In this document: positions 47,539 to 56,384 of the stretch, in pieces
Layout: each line of letters opens with the position of its first letter
How positions within the stretch are numbered: position 1 is the first letter of the stretch
Assembly: GCA_965223905.1 (NCBI GenBank)
Contig: CBDCXV010000011.1
Coordinates: forward strand, 1,632,001-1,696,000
Reading direction: 5' to 3'
Length of the DNA: 64,000 nt
From: Candidatus Latescibacterota bacterium
GTDB lineage: Bacteria; Latescibacterota; UBA2968; UBA8231
Notes under the pieces: model-generated
Seen by the model: the letters and a program-made list of their open reading frames with translations, nothing else
What the model was told of the DNA's origin: nothing
Databases searched by the model: none
Made by a program: the position numbers and the translations under genes

Positions 47539-49764
47539 ATGCGATTGCCGCTGCTGCTCCTCGCACTCATCCCCATGAGCGGGGCTGCCTTGCAGTCCCC
47601 GTCGACACGCCCCTCCGAAGCGCCGGCGGGGAAGGGATTCGCCGCCATCGCCGCCGGCGCCTATCACAGCCTCGCCCTGCGCGGCGATGGCTCCCTGGTG
47701 GCCTGGGGCTGGAACGACTACGGCCAGACCGACGTGCCCGAAGGGGACGACTTCGTCGCCATCGCCGCCGGCCACTTTCACAGCCTCGCCTTGCGGAAGA
47801 ACGGCTCGGTCGCGATGTGGGGGGTGAATCCGATCGGCCAGTTCCTCGATCCCGACGCGCGCCTGCAGGAACCCGCGGGCGGCGATTTCATCGGCGTCGC
47901 CGCCTCCAACTCGAACCGCTACGAGTACCACAGCCTCGCCCTGCGCGCGGACGGAACGGTCGCTGCCTGGGGCATGAACCGCTACGGGCAGATCGACGTG
48001 CCTCCAGGTGCCGCGGATGCGATCGCCGTCTCCGCGGGAGGCCGGCACAGCGTCGTGCTGAGACGGGACGGATCCCTGTTTTCCTGGGGATGGGACAGCG
48101 CCGTCGAGGGCACACCTGCCGGAGAGGATTTCGTCGCCCTCTCCTCCGGCGCCTACCACACCCTTGCTCTCCGGAAGGACGGCTCGATCGCCGCCTGGGG
48201 CGGCGACGAGCACGGACAGATCGAGGTTCCCGATTGCGGAGAGGCCGCGGCCGTAGCGGCCGGCAAGTACCACAGCCTCGCCCTCCGCTCCGACGGCAGC
48301 GTCGCCTGCTGGGGCCACAGCCAGTGGGGTCAGTGCGAGCCCCCGCCTGTCGACGACCTGGTCGCCATCGACGCCGGGGGGTGGCACAACCTCGGCCTGC
48401 GCCGGGACGGCTCCATCGTCCAGTGGGGCCGGGTGCCGCCGCAATGGACGTTCCGGGAGGTTCCCCGGTGGCGGCAGCCGCCGCCCCAGACCGCGGTCCA
48501 GACCGTGTATCGCAACGGCGTGCCCCACACGGACAGGCAGGGCCGCGTCATGACCGAGTACGACCCCGACAGATCCTTTCTTCCCATCGGCATCTACGGC
48601 GTCGGCCTCGATTCCGACTTCGCCAGCCTGAAGGCCGCCCATTTCAACACCATAACCCACATCTGGATCTCGCCGAAGGACCTGTACCCGCTGGCGCGCG
48701 AGCACGACCTCCAGGTCCTCATCACCGGACGCGGGAAGGGGGACCACTGGGTCAGCCACGGCGAATTCGTCGACCGGTCACACGTGCTCGCCCAGTACAC
48801 CATCGACGAGCCTTACGTCTTCACCGGCGGCTCCGGACGCACCAGCGACGATCCGGTGGACGAGATCCAGCGAGGCTGGCGCGACGTCTACGACAGCAAC
48901 AAGGAGGCGCTCCACCGCGTCTTTCCCGGCATGCCCACCTACGTCAACATGTCTCCTGAGATCGACGCGCCCCGGTACGGCTGGGGCGACTGGCTCCGCC
49001 GCAGCGACATCGTCTGCCTGGACAACTATCCCTTCAAGCACCGGGGTGTGCGCGTCAGCGAGCTCTCGTCGGATACCATCGGCATCCCGCGCATGGTCTG
49101 GGCCGCGGCCACGGCCACCGACGAGGCCAAGCCGGTATGGATGATCCTTCCCGGCTTCGAGCAGGCCAATCAGGACGCTCCCTGGTATTTCCGCTTTCCC
49201 GCCCCGGAGGAACTGCGCGCCGCGGCCTGGGCTTCAGTCATTCACGGGGCCACCGGCATCATCTACTGGACCTGGGACCACCGGGCCTGGCGGGCTACGC
49301 GGATAATCGGCATGCACGCCGACCCCCAGGCGCACCCCGACGTGCCGGGCTCGGCCTCCCCTCTCAAGCGCCTGCAGTCGAAGGCGGTCTGGGAAACGGC
49401 TGCCCAGTTCAATGCCGAGCTCGCCGAGCTGAAGCCCGTCATCCTGTCCCCGACGGTCGGGCCCGAGATCGACTACTCGGTGCGCATAACCAAGGGGTCG
49501 ATGCGCACCCCGGCCGACATCCGCGCCCTGCTCAAGCCTCATCCGGATGGCGGTTTCGTGCTGCTCACCGTCAACATCGACGAGGCGGTTCTCAACGCCG
49601 AGTGGACCTTTCCCCGGGAGCTGGCGAGCGTTCACGCGATGTTCGAGAACGGCCGGGAGAACCTGTTGCCCGATGGGGAGGGGGGTGAGGGTGCCAACAC
49701 CTTCTCCGTTCACTACCAGCCGTACGCCGCCCATATCTTTCGCGTCGTCATCAAGGATGGCTGA
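47539..49764 (+). CDS. RCC1/BLIP-II repeat + glycoside-hydrolase-like protein, paralog B, with signal peptide
   Basis: MRLPLLLLALIP signal peptide; same repeats and FLPIGIY, YTIDEP, DNYP, IHGATGIIY motifs as paralog A. Confidence 0.8.
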   Translation: MRLPLLLLALIPMSGAALQSPSTRPSEAPAGKGFAAIAAGAYHSLALRGDGSLVAWGWNDYGQTDVPEGDDFVAIAAGHFHSLALRKNGSVAMWGVNPIGQFLDPDARLQEPAGGDFIGVAASNSNRYEYHSLALRADGTVAAWGMNRYGQIDVPPGAADAIAVSAGGRHSVVLRRDGSLFSWGWDSAVEGTPAGEDFVALSSGAYHTLALRKDGSIAAWGGDEHGQIEVPDCGEAAAVAAGKYHSLALRSDGSVACWGHSQWGQCEPPPVDDLVAIDAGGWHNLGLRRDGSIVQWGRVPPQWTFREVPRWRQPPPQTAVQTVYRNGVPHTDRQGRVMTEYDPDRSFLPIGIYGVGLDSDFASLKAAHFNTITHIWISPKDLYPLAREHDLQVLITGRGKGDHWVSHGEFVDRSHVLAQYTIDEPYVFTGGSGRTSDDPVDEIQRGWRDVYDSNKEALHRVFPGMPTYVNMSPEIDAPRYGWGDWLRRSDIVCLDNYPFKHRGVRVSELSSDTIGIPRMVWAAATATDEAKPVWMILPGFEQANQDAPWYFRFPAPEELRAAAWASVIHGATGIIYWTWDHRAWRATRIIGMHADPQAHPDVPGSASPLKRLQSKAVWETAAQFNAELAELKPVILSPTVGPEIDYSVRITKGSMRTPADIRALLKPHPDGGFVLLTVNIDEAVLNAEWTFPRELASVHAMFENGRENLLPDGEGGEGANTFSVHYQPYAAHIFRVVIKDG

Positions 49765-50614
49765 GTCTCGTCATACGAACTGGGGACGTTGGGGTGAGGG
49801 CGACGAGCGCGGAGCCCTGAATCTCCTCACGCCGGAGATCGTGAAGCGGGCAGCCGGCCTCGTGCGGGAAGGAAGGGTCTACAGCCTCGGAACCGCGGTT
49901 GGCGGGGATGCGGCCGCGGGACCGGGCAGGCCCAGACCCGCGCTCGAGGTCAGCCATCACAACGACGCCTCGCCCGGGAGAAGCGGGGGCGCCGAAGAGG
50001 TGCTCACCATGAACCTCCACACCTCGAGTCACATCGACGCCTTTTCCCATTCCTGGTACGACGGCAGGCTCTACAACGGCCATCCGTGCGACGTCGTTTC
50101 GGCCGAAGGTGCCTCCAGGTGCGGTATCGGGGAGGTGGGCGCCGTCGCGGGCCGCGGAATCCTTCTTGACATGCCCCCTCTCTTCGAGACCGACTGCCTC
50201 GATGACGGCTGCGCCATTTCACCGGGAGACCTCGACGCGGCGGTACGCCGGCAGGGGGTCGAAATACGTGCAGGCGACATCCTCCTGGTGCGAACCGGCT
50301 GGCAGGGACGCTTTCGCCGCGAAGGCGACAGCGTCCGCGACAGCTTTCCCGGCCTCGCGGCGACCTGCTGGCAATGGTTGGCCCAAAGGGACGTCTCCGT
50401 GCTCGGAGCCGACAACGGCGCCGTGGAAGTGTGGCCGCCGGAGGGGAAGCCGCTCCACCACTACCTGCTTCGCGATTTCGGGATACATCTCCTGGAGTAC
50501 CTCGACCTCGAGGAACTGTCGGCCGATCGCGTGCACGAATTCTTCTTCGTGGCGGCTCCACTCCGCATCCGGGGCGCCACGGCAAGCCCGGTGAACCCCC
50601 TGGCCATCATCTGA
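49757..50614 (+). CDS. Cyclase family metal-dependent hydrolase (kynurenine formamidase-like)
   Basis: NWGRWG..DERGALN, HTSSHIDAFSH, GDILLVRTG, LEYLDLEEL, GATASPVNPLAI. Confidence 0.9.
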   Translation: MAESRHTNWGRWGEGDERGALNLLTPEIVKRAAGLVREGRVYSLGTAVGGDAAAGPGRPRPALEVSHHNDASPGRSGGAEEVLTMNLHTSSHIDAFSHSWYDGRLYNGHPCDVVSAEGASRCGIGEVGAVAGRGILLDMPPLFETDCLDDGCAISPGDLDAAVRRQGVEIRAGDILLVRTGWQGRFRREGDSVRDSFPGLAATCWQWLAQRDVSVLGADNGAVEVWPPEGKPLHHYLLRDFGIHLLEYLDLEELSADRVHEFFFVAAPLRIRGATASPVNPLAII

Positions 50615-50666
50615 CCGGCTGCACTCCGACCGTCATTCCCATGCTCAAGGACAACGTCATCACGAG

Positions 50667-52223
50667 ATGATGCGAGTGTCTCGGGCACGGCATCTTCTCG
50701 AACAGATTTTCGGCCTCGACCTCAGATCGCTGGCCCTGCTGCGCATCGGCCTCGGCCTCCTCCTGCTCCTCGATATCGCCGATCGCCTGCCGGGAGTGGC
50801 CGCTCACTACAGCGACGGGGGGGTGCTGCCGCGGGACGCTCTCAGGGAACTCGAGCAGGGGTGGATCCCTTCACTGCATTCGCTCAGCGGCGAGGCCGCC
50901 TTTCAGGCGGCGTTGATGGCGGCAGCTGCCGTCTTCGCCCTTTCGCTCGCACTCGGCTTCGGCACCCGGTTGTCCGCCGTCGCCTCCTGGATCCTTCTCA
51001 TTTCCATCCACACCCGCAACCCGATGCTCCTTCACGGCGGCGATGTCGTTCTGAGACTGGTACTGTTCTGGTCGCTCTTTCTGCCGCTTGGAGCCCGCTA
51101 CTCCGTCGATGCGGCACTGGACACCGGCGCGGGTGGAAAACGGCCTGCCCGGATCGTATCTGCGGGATCGGTGGCCCTGCTGATGCAGATCGCCTTCATC
51201 TACCTGTTCTCGGCGGCGCTGAAATCTCCCGACCACTGGTGGCACCGCGCCGATGCGGTGTACTACGCGCTGAGCATCGATTGGCTGGCCAAGCCGCTCG
51301 GCCAGCGGCTTCTCGCCTACCCGGAGCTCCTGCGGGTGATGACGAGGGCGACCTACCTTCTCGAGTGGGTTCTCCCCCTCTTCCTGCTCGTGCCGTTTTT
51401 CGTCAGCCGCGTCAGGGCCGCCCTCATCGCCTGCTTCGTCGGCTTCCATGTCGGACTGGGGCTGACCATGGAACTCGGTCTGTTCCCCGCCATATGCTCG
51501 GTGGCCTGGCTGGCGGTCATCCCGACGGCCGGATGGGACTTCCTGCAGCGCGAGGTGGAAACGCGGGCGGTAAAGGCGGTCCGGCTCTACAGACGCCTCT
51601 CCTCGAAGCTCGCGGGCGGGGCGCTCTTCTCCGGTCCCCTACGCTTCGGGCGGAGTCCGGTCCGGACGGGGCTCATCTCGCAGCTTTTTGCGGCTCTCGT
51701 CCTCGTATACGTAACCGCCTGGAACGTCAGGACCCTCGACCACGCGCGATACGCCCGTTACTTCCCCGCGGAGATCGACTATTTCGGGTTTCTCCTGCGG
51801 GTCGATCAGGTCTGGAACATGTTCGCGCCCTCCCCGACCAGGGAGGACGGGTGGTTCGTCATTCCCGCAAAACTCGCCGACGGCTCCCAGGTGGATCTGT
51901 TCCGCGCCGAGACCGGCCGGCCGCAAGTGCCGGCGCGGCTATTCCATTCCAAGCCCACCTCGGTAGCCGCGTCCTTTCCCGGCATCAGGTGGCGCAAGTA
52001 CATGATGAACCTGTGGCTGAAACGAAATGCCCCTCACCGGCTCCACTACGGCCGCTATCTCTGCCGCAGGTGGAATTCGCAGCATCGCGGACCGCAGCGG
52101 CTGCGCACCTTCGAGATCGTCTTCATGAAGGAGGTCACTCTTCCCGACAACCGGACGCCGGCGGCGGAGAGAATCTCACTCTGGAAGCACGACTGTTTCG
52201 AGGCGGGGGACGGGCGCCCTTGA
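50667..52223 (+). CDS. HTTM-domain membrane protein
   Basis: DLRSLALLRIGLG, YSDGGVLPR, RNP....GGD, FLPLG..YSVD, DQVWNMFAP, RWRKY. Confidence 0.85.
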   Translation: MMRVSRARHLLEQIFGLDLRSLALLRIGLGLLLLLDIADRLPGVAAHYSDGGVLPRDALRELEQGWIPSLHSLSGEAAFQAALMAAAAVFALSLALGFGTRLSAVASWILLISIHTRNPMLLHGGDVVLRLVLFWSLFLPLGARYSVDAALDTGAGGKRPARIVSAGSVALLMQIAFIYLFSAALKSPDHWWHRADAVYYALSIDWLAKPLGQRLLAYPELLRVMTRATYLLEWVLPLFLLVPFFVSRVRAALIACFVGFHVGLGLTMELGLFPAICSVAWLAVIPTAGWDFLQREVETRAVKAVRLYRRLSSKLAGGALFSGPLRFGRSPVRTGLISQLFAALVLVYVTAWNVRTLDHARYARYFPAEIDYFGFLLRVDQVWNMFAPSPTREDGWFVIPAKLADGSQVDLFRAETGRPQVPARLFHSKPTSVAASFPGIRWRKYMMNLWLKRNAPHRLHYGRYLCRRWNSQHRGPQRLRTFEIVFMKEVTLPDNRTPAAERISLWKHDCFEAGDGRP

Positions 52224-52341
52224 CCTCGTTGCCCGGTGGGTGACCTGCGGGCGCCGGAGCATAGCCTCCCGACGACTCCCATCGCCTGAACTCACATCCG
52301 ACTCCTCGCGGGCAGCGATCCCACGCTTGCATGCCCGCGGA

Positions 52342-54285
52342 TCAATTCCTGAAAATGATGTTTCCCTCCACCCCGTTGAGCCCATCGATGAACGCCCAAC
52401 CGCAGGCGGTCGAGAACTCGCCCAGGATCAATCCGAGAAAGAAGGGAATCAGGGTGCGGTAAAGGCGTATGCCTCCGTAGCGCAGAATGATAGCCTTCAA
52501 TATCCACGCCGTGAAAATGGCCAGGCCGTTCCAGTAGACGATGGTCACCGTCTTGGCGATGGGAAATCCGATCGGGTTGAGGGGCCACCACATGAAGCGC
52601 CCCTTCAGGTAGAGGAGCCCCCACATGACACCCGCCCCGATGGCGGTGAAGAGCAGTCGCGGCGTGAAGCTCGGCTCCGGTGAGTTGTAGGCCGAGGCCA
52701 TGTAGTCGAAGGGCCACTTCGGCAGCAGCTCGAACCAGTAGCCCTGGAGATTGATTCCCCCGTGGGCATAGGCGACCGTCATGATGCACCACAGCGATCC
52801 GGTGAGAGCGATGGCGACGGCCAGGAGCATGGCGAGCACGAGCCTCCGGTCCGCCTTGTCCTGCGTAGACGTGAGTTTGAGGCTGTGCATCACCGCGTTC
52901 ATCATGTTGGTGATCGTGTCCCCGATCCACACGGTGGCCAGGCCGAGGCCGGTCATGTTCTGCAATTGGAGAGTGTCCGGTCCGAAGCCGCGGGTTATGA
53001 AAGCCTGGGGCACCATCGGCGATTGCAAACTTGGCAGCCCCGCTTCGCAGACGATGCGGGACAGGCCGATGAAGACCACCAGCGCCCCTCCCACCAGCAG
53101 GATGGCCACCAGCAGGGAAAGAAGGCCGGTCGTGGTCAGCCATCCCACCATCATCGACAAGCCCAGCACCAGGCCGGCGATTGCCACGCGGGGAGAGATC
53201 GGCTCCCGCTCTCTCCGCTCTCCGCGGACCGCGGCCCCGAAGATCTTCTTCAGATGCCCGCGCGCCGTCCACAACACGAAAAGACAGAGCACTGCCAGGG
53301 CCCCGGCCTGCTCGTGCAGCATGCTGACCGGAGAGCCGCCCGAGTCCCACACGTCGAGACCCATTCCGGCGCCGATCCCCAGGCGTTTCAGCACCCACTC
53401 CTGAGTCAGCCCGAGGAGGTGGAAGAACCAGATGCTGAAGGAGACGTCGAGCGGCATCAGGTAGGCCAGCCCGATGACGGGAAGATTGAGCCGGTACTGT
53501 ATCATCACCTCCCCGTTCAGCAGCGGATAGGCGCCGCCCACCGCCATTCTCGGGAAGCCGTCGAAGTAAGCCCCGAGCGAGTTCCACGAGTGGAACAGCA
53601 AGGGAATCAGAAAGCCCACCCACAACAGCGGCCTCTTGAACAGGCGCCCGATGAGGCGGCTGCGATCGTCGGCATCCTCGATCATGGCCAGCGGCAGGCG
53701 GGTGAGCGGAAATGCGAGCCGTTCGTTCTCCACCCACTGGCCCCGCAACAGCACTCCGGTGCAGAAAAGCACCCAGTAGAAGGCGAGAATGAACAGTACC
53801 CACGCCGCCAGCGGACGCGCCCATGCAGCCCAGGGAATCGACACCCCTTCGGGAAGGCCCTCGTAGAACCAGCGCACCGCATCGCGATCCGCGGGCGCCA
53901 GCCATTCGTGGAGGTTGGAGACGAAGAGCTCGCCCCACATGTTTTCCGGCGTGGCGTAGTAGATGACGCCCGTCGTGACCGTCAGAAAGCTCCCGCTGAA
54001 CCCCACGGTGACGATCACCGATCCCACGAGCATCATGATGTAGACGGTGACCAGCTCGGCTCTGCACAAGGAGAGCCGGGGGCCGATCAGCTTCAGGGCC
54101 GGCACCACTGCGGCGGAGAGGCCGAACAGGAAGAAGACGGCGATGATCGGCACGGCGTTGCCGGCCAGCTGCGAGCCCTTGACGATGAGGATTGCCCAGG
54201 GGCTGACGACGCTGATGGCGCCTACCAGCAGGGAGCCGGTGAGAACCGCTCTCCCGCTCACCCCGGAGGAAGGCCTGCCGCTCAT
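52342..54285 (-). CDS. DUF6785/DUF6784-like polytopic membrane protein (putative transporter), paralog B
   Basis: ELVTVYIMM, YYATPEN, QWVENERLAFPL..LP, RIVCEAG, WWPLNPIGF, RYGG..LYR...PFFLGLILGE. Alternative start at 54309. Confidence 0.8.
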   Translation of the reverse strand: MSGRPSSGVSGRAVLTGSLLVGAISVVSPWAILIVKGSQLAGNAVPIIAVFFLFGLSAAVVPALKLIGPRLSLCRAELVTVYIMMLVGSVIVTVGFSGSFLTVTTGVIYYATPENMWGELFVSNLHEWLAPADRDAVRWFYEGLPEGVSIPWAAWARPLAAWVLFILAFYWVLFCTGVLLRGQWVENERLAFPLTRLPLAMIEDADDRSRLIGRLFKRPLLWVGFLIPLLFHSWNSLGAYFDGFPRMAVGGAYPLLNGEVMIQYRLNLPVIGLAYLMPLDVSFSIWFFHLLGLTQEWVLKRLGIGAGMGLDVWDSGGSPVSMLHEQAGALAVLCLFVLWTARGHLKKIFGAAVRGERREREPISPRVAIAGLVLGLSMMVGWLTTTGLLSLLVAILLVGGALVVFIGLSRIVCEAGLPSLQSPMVPQAFITRGFGPDTLQLQNMTGLGLATVWIGDTITNMMNAVMHSLKLTSTQDKADRRLVLAMLLAVAIALTGSLWCIMTVAYAHGGINLQGYWFELLPKWPFDYMASAYNSPEPSFTPRLLFTAIGAGVMWGLLYLKGRFMWWPLNPIGFPIAKTVTIVYWNGLAIFTAWILKAIILRYGGIRLYRTLIPFFLGLILGEFSTACGWAFIDGLNGVEGNIIFRN

Positions 54286-54318
54286 GTCACCGCGTATCTC
54301 ACGCCTCATGCGGATGGC

Positions 54319-56256
54319 TCATTGTCTGAAGATGATGTTTCCCTCGACGCCGCTGGCGCCATCGATGACGAGCCACAGGCCGGCGGTCGAGAATTCGCCG
54401 AGAATCAAACCGAGAAAGAACGGCGTCAGTCTGCGAAAAACGCGCACGCCGCCGTAGCGGAGCACGAGAAGCTTCAGGACCCAGGCGATGAATATGGCGA
54501 GCCAGTTCCAGTAGACGATGGTCACCGTCTTGGCGATGGGAAAGCCGATCGGGTTGAGCGGCCACCAGGCGAAGCGCGCCCGCAGGAACAGGAGCGCCGA
54601 CATGATCCCCGCCCCGATGCCGGTAAACAGCGCTCGCGGGGCAAAGCTCGGTTCTGGCGAGAGGTAGGCCGAAGCCATGAACCGGAACGGCCACCTGGGC
54701 GCCGCGTTGAACCACCAGGGCTGCAGATTGATGCCGCCGTGAGTGTGGGCCAGGGTCATGATGCACCAGAGCGATCCCGCCAGGCCGATGACGACGGCGA
54801 GCAGCATGGCCAGGGGCAGCCGGCGGTCGCTCACCGCCCCGGAGGAGGCGAGCTTCAGGCTGTGCATTACCGCGTTCATCATGTTGGTGACCGTGTCTCC
54901 CATCCACACCGTGCTCAAACCCAGGCCGGTCATGTTCTTCAGTTGAAGCACGCCCGGTCCGAATCCGCGGGTTATGAAGGTCTGAGGCACCATCGGAGAT
55001 TGAACGCTGGGCACCCCCACTTCACAGACGATCCGCGACAGGCCGATGAAGACGACCAGGGCCCCGGCGACGAGCAGGATGGCGACATATAGATCGAGCC
55101 CCGTGATCTTCAGCCAGGTCACCATCAGGACAAGACCGGCGGGGAGTCCGATCACGGCGACTCTGGGCGCCAGGGTCTCCCGCTCTCCGCGATCGCCCCG
55201 CAGAGCTGCCCGGAACAACTGCCGAAAATGCCCCCTCGCCGTCCACAGCACGAAGAAACACAACACCGCCAGGGCGCCGGCCTGTTCGTGCAGAATGCTG
55301 ATCGGCGACCCGCCCGAATCCCACACGTCCAGGCTGCCGACGCTTATGCCGATCCGTTTGAGGATCCATTCCTGAAGGACGCCGAGAGCGTGGAAGAACC
55401 AGATGCTGAAGGAGATGCCCAGCGGCACCAGCCAGGCCAGCCCGATGACGGGAAGGTTGAGCCGATACTGCACGAGCACTTCTCCTCGCAGCAGCTGGAG
55501 GGCGCCTCCGACCGGGATCTTCTGAAAGCCGTCGTAGTAGAAACCGAGCCCGTTCCAGGAGTGGAAGAGGAGTGGTATGGAAAACCCGAGCCACAGCAGC
55601 GGGTGCTTCAGCAAGCGCTCGACGAGCCGGCCGCCGTCGTCGACGTCCTCGGTCATGGCCAGCGGCAGGCGGGTGAGGGGAAACACGAGCCGGTCGTTTT
55701 CAACCCACTGCCCCCGCAGCAGCACGCCGACGCAGAAGAGCACCCAGTAGAACAGGAGCAGGAAGGGGATCCACGCCGCCAGCGGTCGCGCCCACGCCGA
55801 CCACGGTATTCCCATTCCGGTTGGAAGTCCCTCGTAGAACCACCGCACCGCGTCTCGATCGTCGGGAACCAGCCAGGGGTGGGTGTTGGGAGCGAAGAGC
55901 TCCAGCCACCTGTTTTCAGGGGTGGCGTAATAAACCGCCCCTGTTATGACGGTGAGGAAGCTGCCGCTGAACCCGTCGGTCACCACCACGGCGCCTGTGA
56001 GCATCATGATGTAGATGGTGATTACTTCCGCCCTCGAGAAGGCGAAGCGGGAGCGGAGCAGCTTGAGGGCGGGAACCAGTGCGGCGACGAGCAGGAAGAG
56101 GAAGAGAACGGCGATGACGGGCAGGGCATTGCCGGCGAACTGCGAGCCCTTGACCACGAGGATGGCCCAGGGGCAGACGATGCTGATCGCCCCTACGAGG
56201 ACGGCGCCGGTCAGTACCGCCGCCCAGGATACTCCCGAGGATGGTTTGTCGCTCAT
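54319..56256 (-). CDS. DUF6785/DUF6784-like polytopic membrane protein, paralog A
   Basis: Collinear with and highly similar to 52342-54285 over the full length. Confidence 0.8.
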   Translation of the reverse strand: MSDKPSSGVSWAAVLTGAVLVGAISIVCPWAILVVKGSQFAGNALPVIAVLFLFLLVAALVPALKLLRSRFAFSRAEVITIYIMMLTGAVVVTDGFSGSFLTVITGAVYYATPENRWLELFAPNTHPWLVPDDRDAVRWFYEGLPTGMGIPWSAWARPLAAWIPFLLLFYWVLFCVGVLLRGQWVENDRLVFPLTRLPLAMTEDVDDGGRLVERLLKHPLLWLGFSIPLLFHSWNGLGFYYDGFQKIPVGGALQLLRGEVLVQYRLNLPVIGLAWLVPLGISFSIWFFHALGVLQEWILKRIGISVGSLDVWDSGGSPISILHEQAGALAVLCFFVLWTARGHFRQLFRAALRGDRGERETLAPRVAVIGLPAGLVLMVTWLKITGLDLYVAILLVAGALVVFIGLSRIVCEVGVPSVQSPMVPQTFITRGFGPGVLQLKNMTGLGLSTVWMGDTVTNMMNAVMHSLKLASSGAVSDRRLPLAMLLAVVIGLAGSLWCIMTLAHTHGGINLQPWWFNAAPRWPFRFMASAYLSPEPSFAPRALFTGIGAGIMSALLFLRARFAWWPLNPIGFPIAKTVTIVYWNWLAIFIAWVLKLLVLRYGGVRVFRRLTPFFLGLILGEFSTAGLWLVIDGASGVEGNIIFRQ

Positions 56257-56384
56257 GTCACACCGCGGCTTTCCGGCTGGCACCAGTCAGAGCGCGGTTG
56301 TGATGAGATTGGCGATGGATGGGTGCGAGGGAGGAACGGGCCTAGCCAGACATTCGCTTTACCGGCGAGGCCGAGCAGCTCGAA

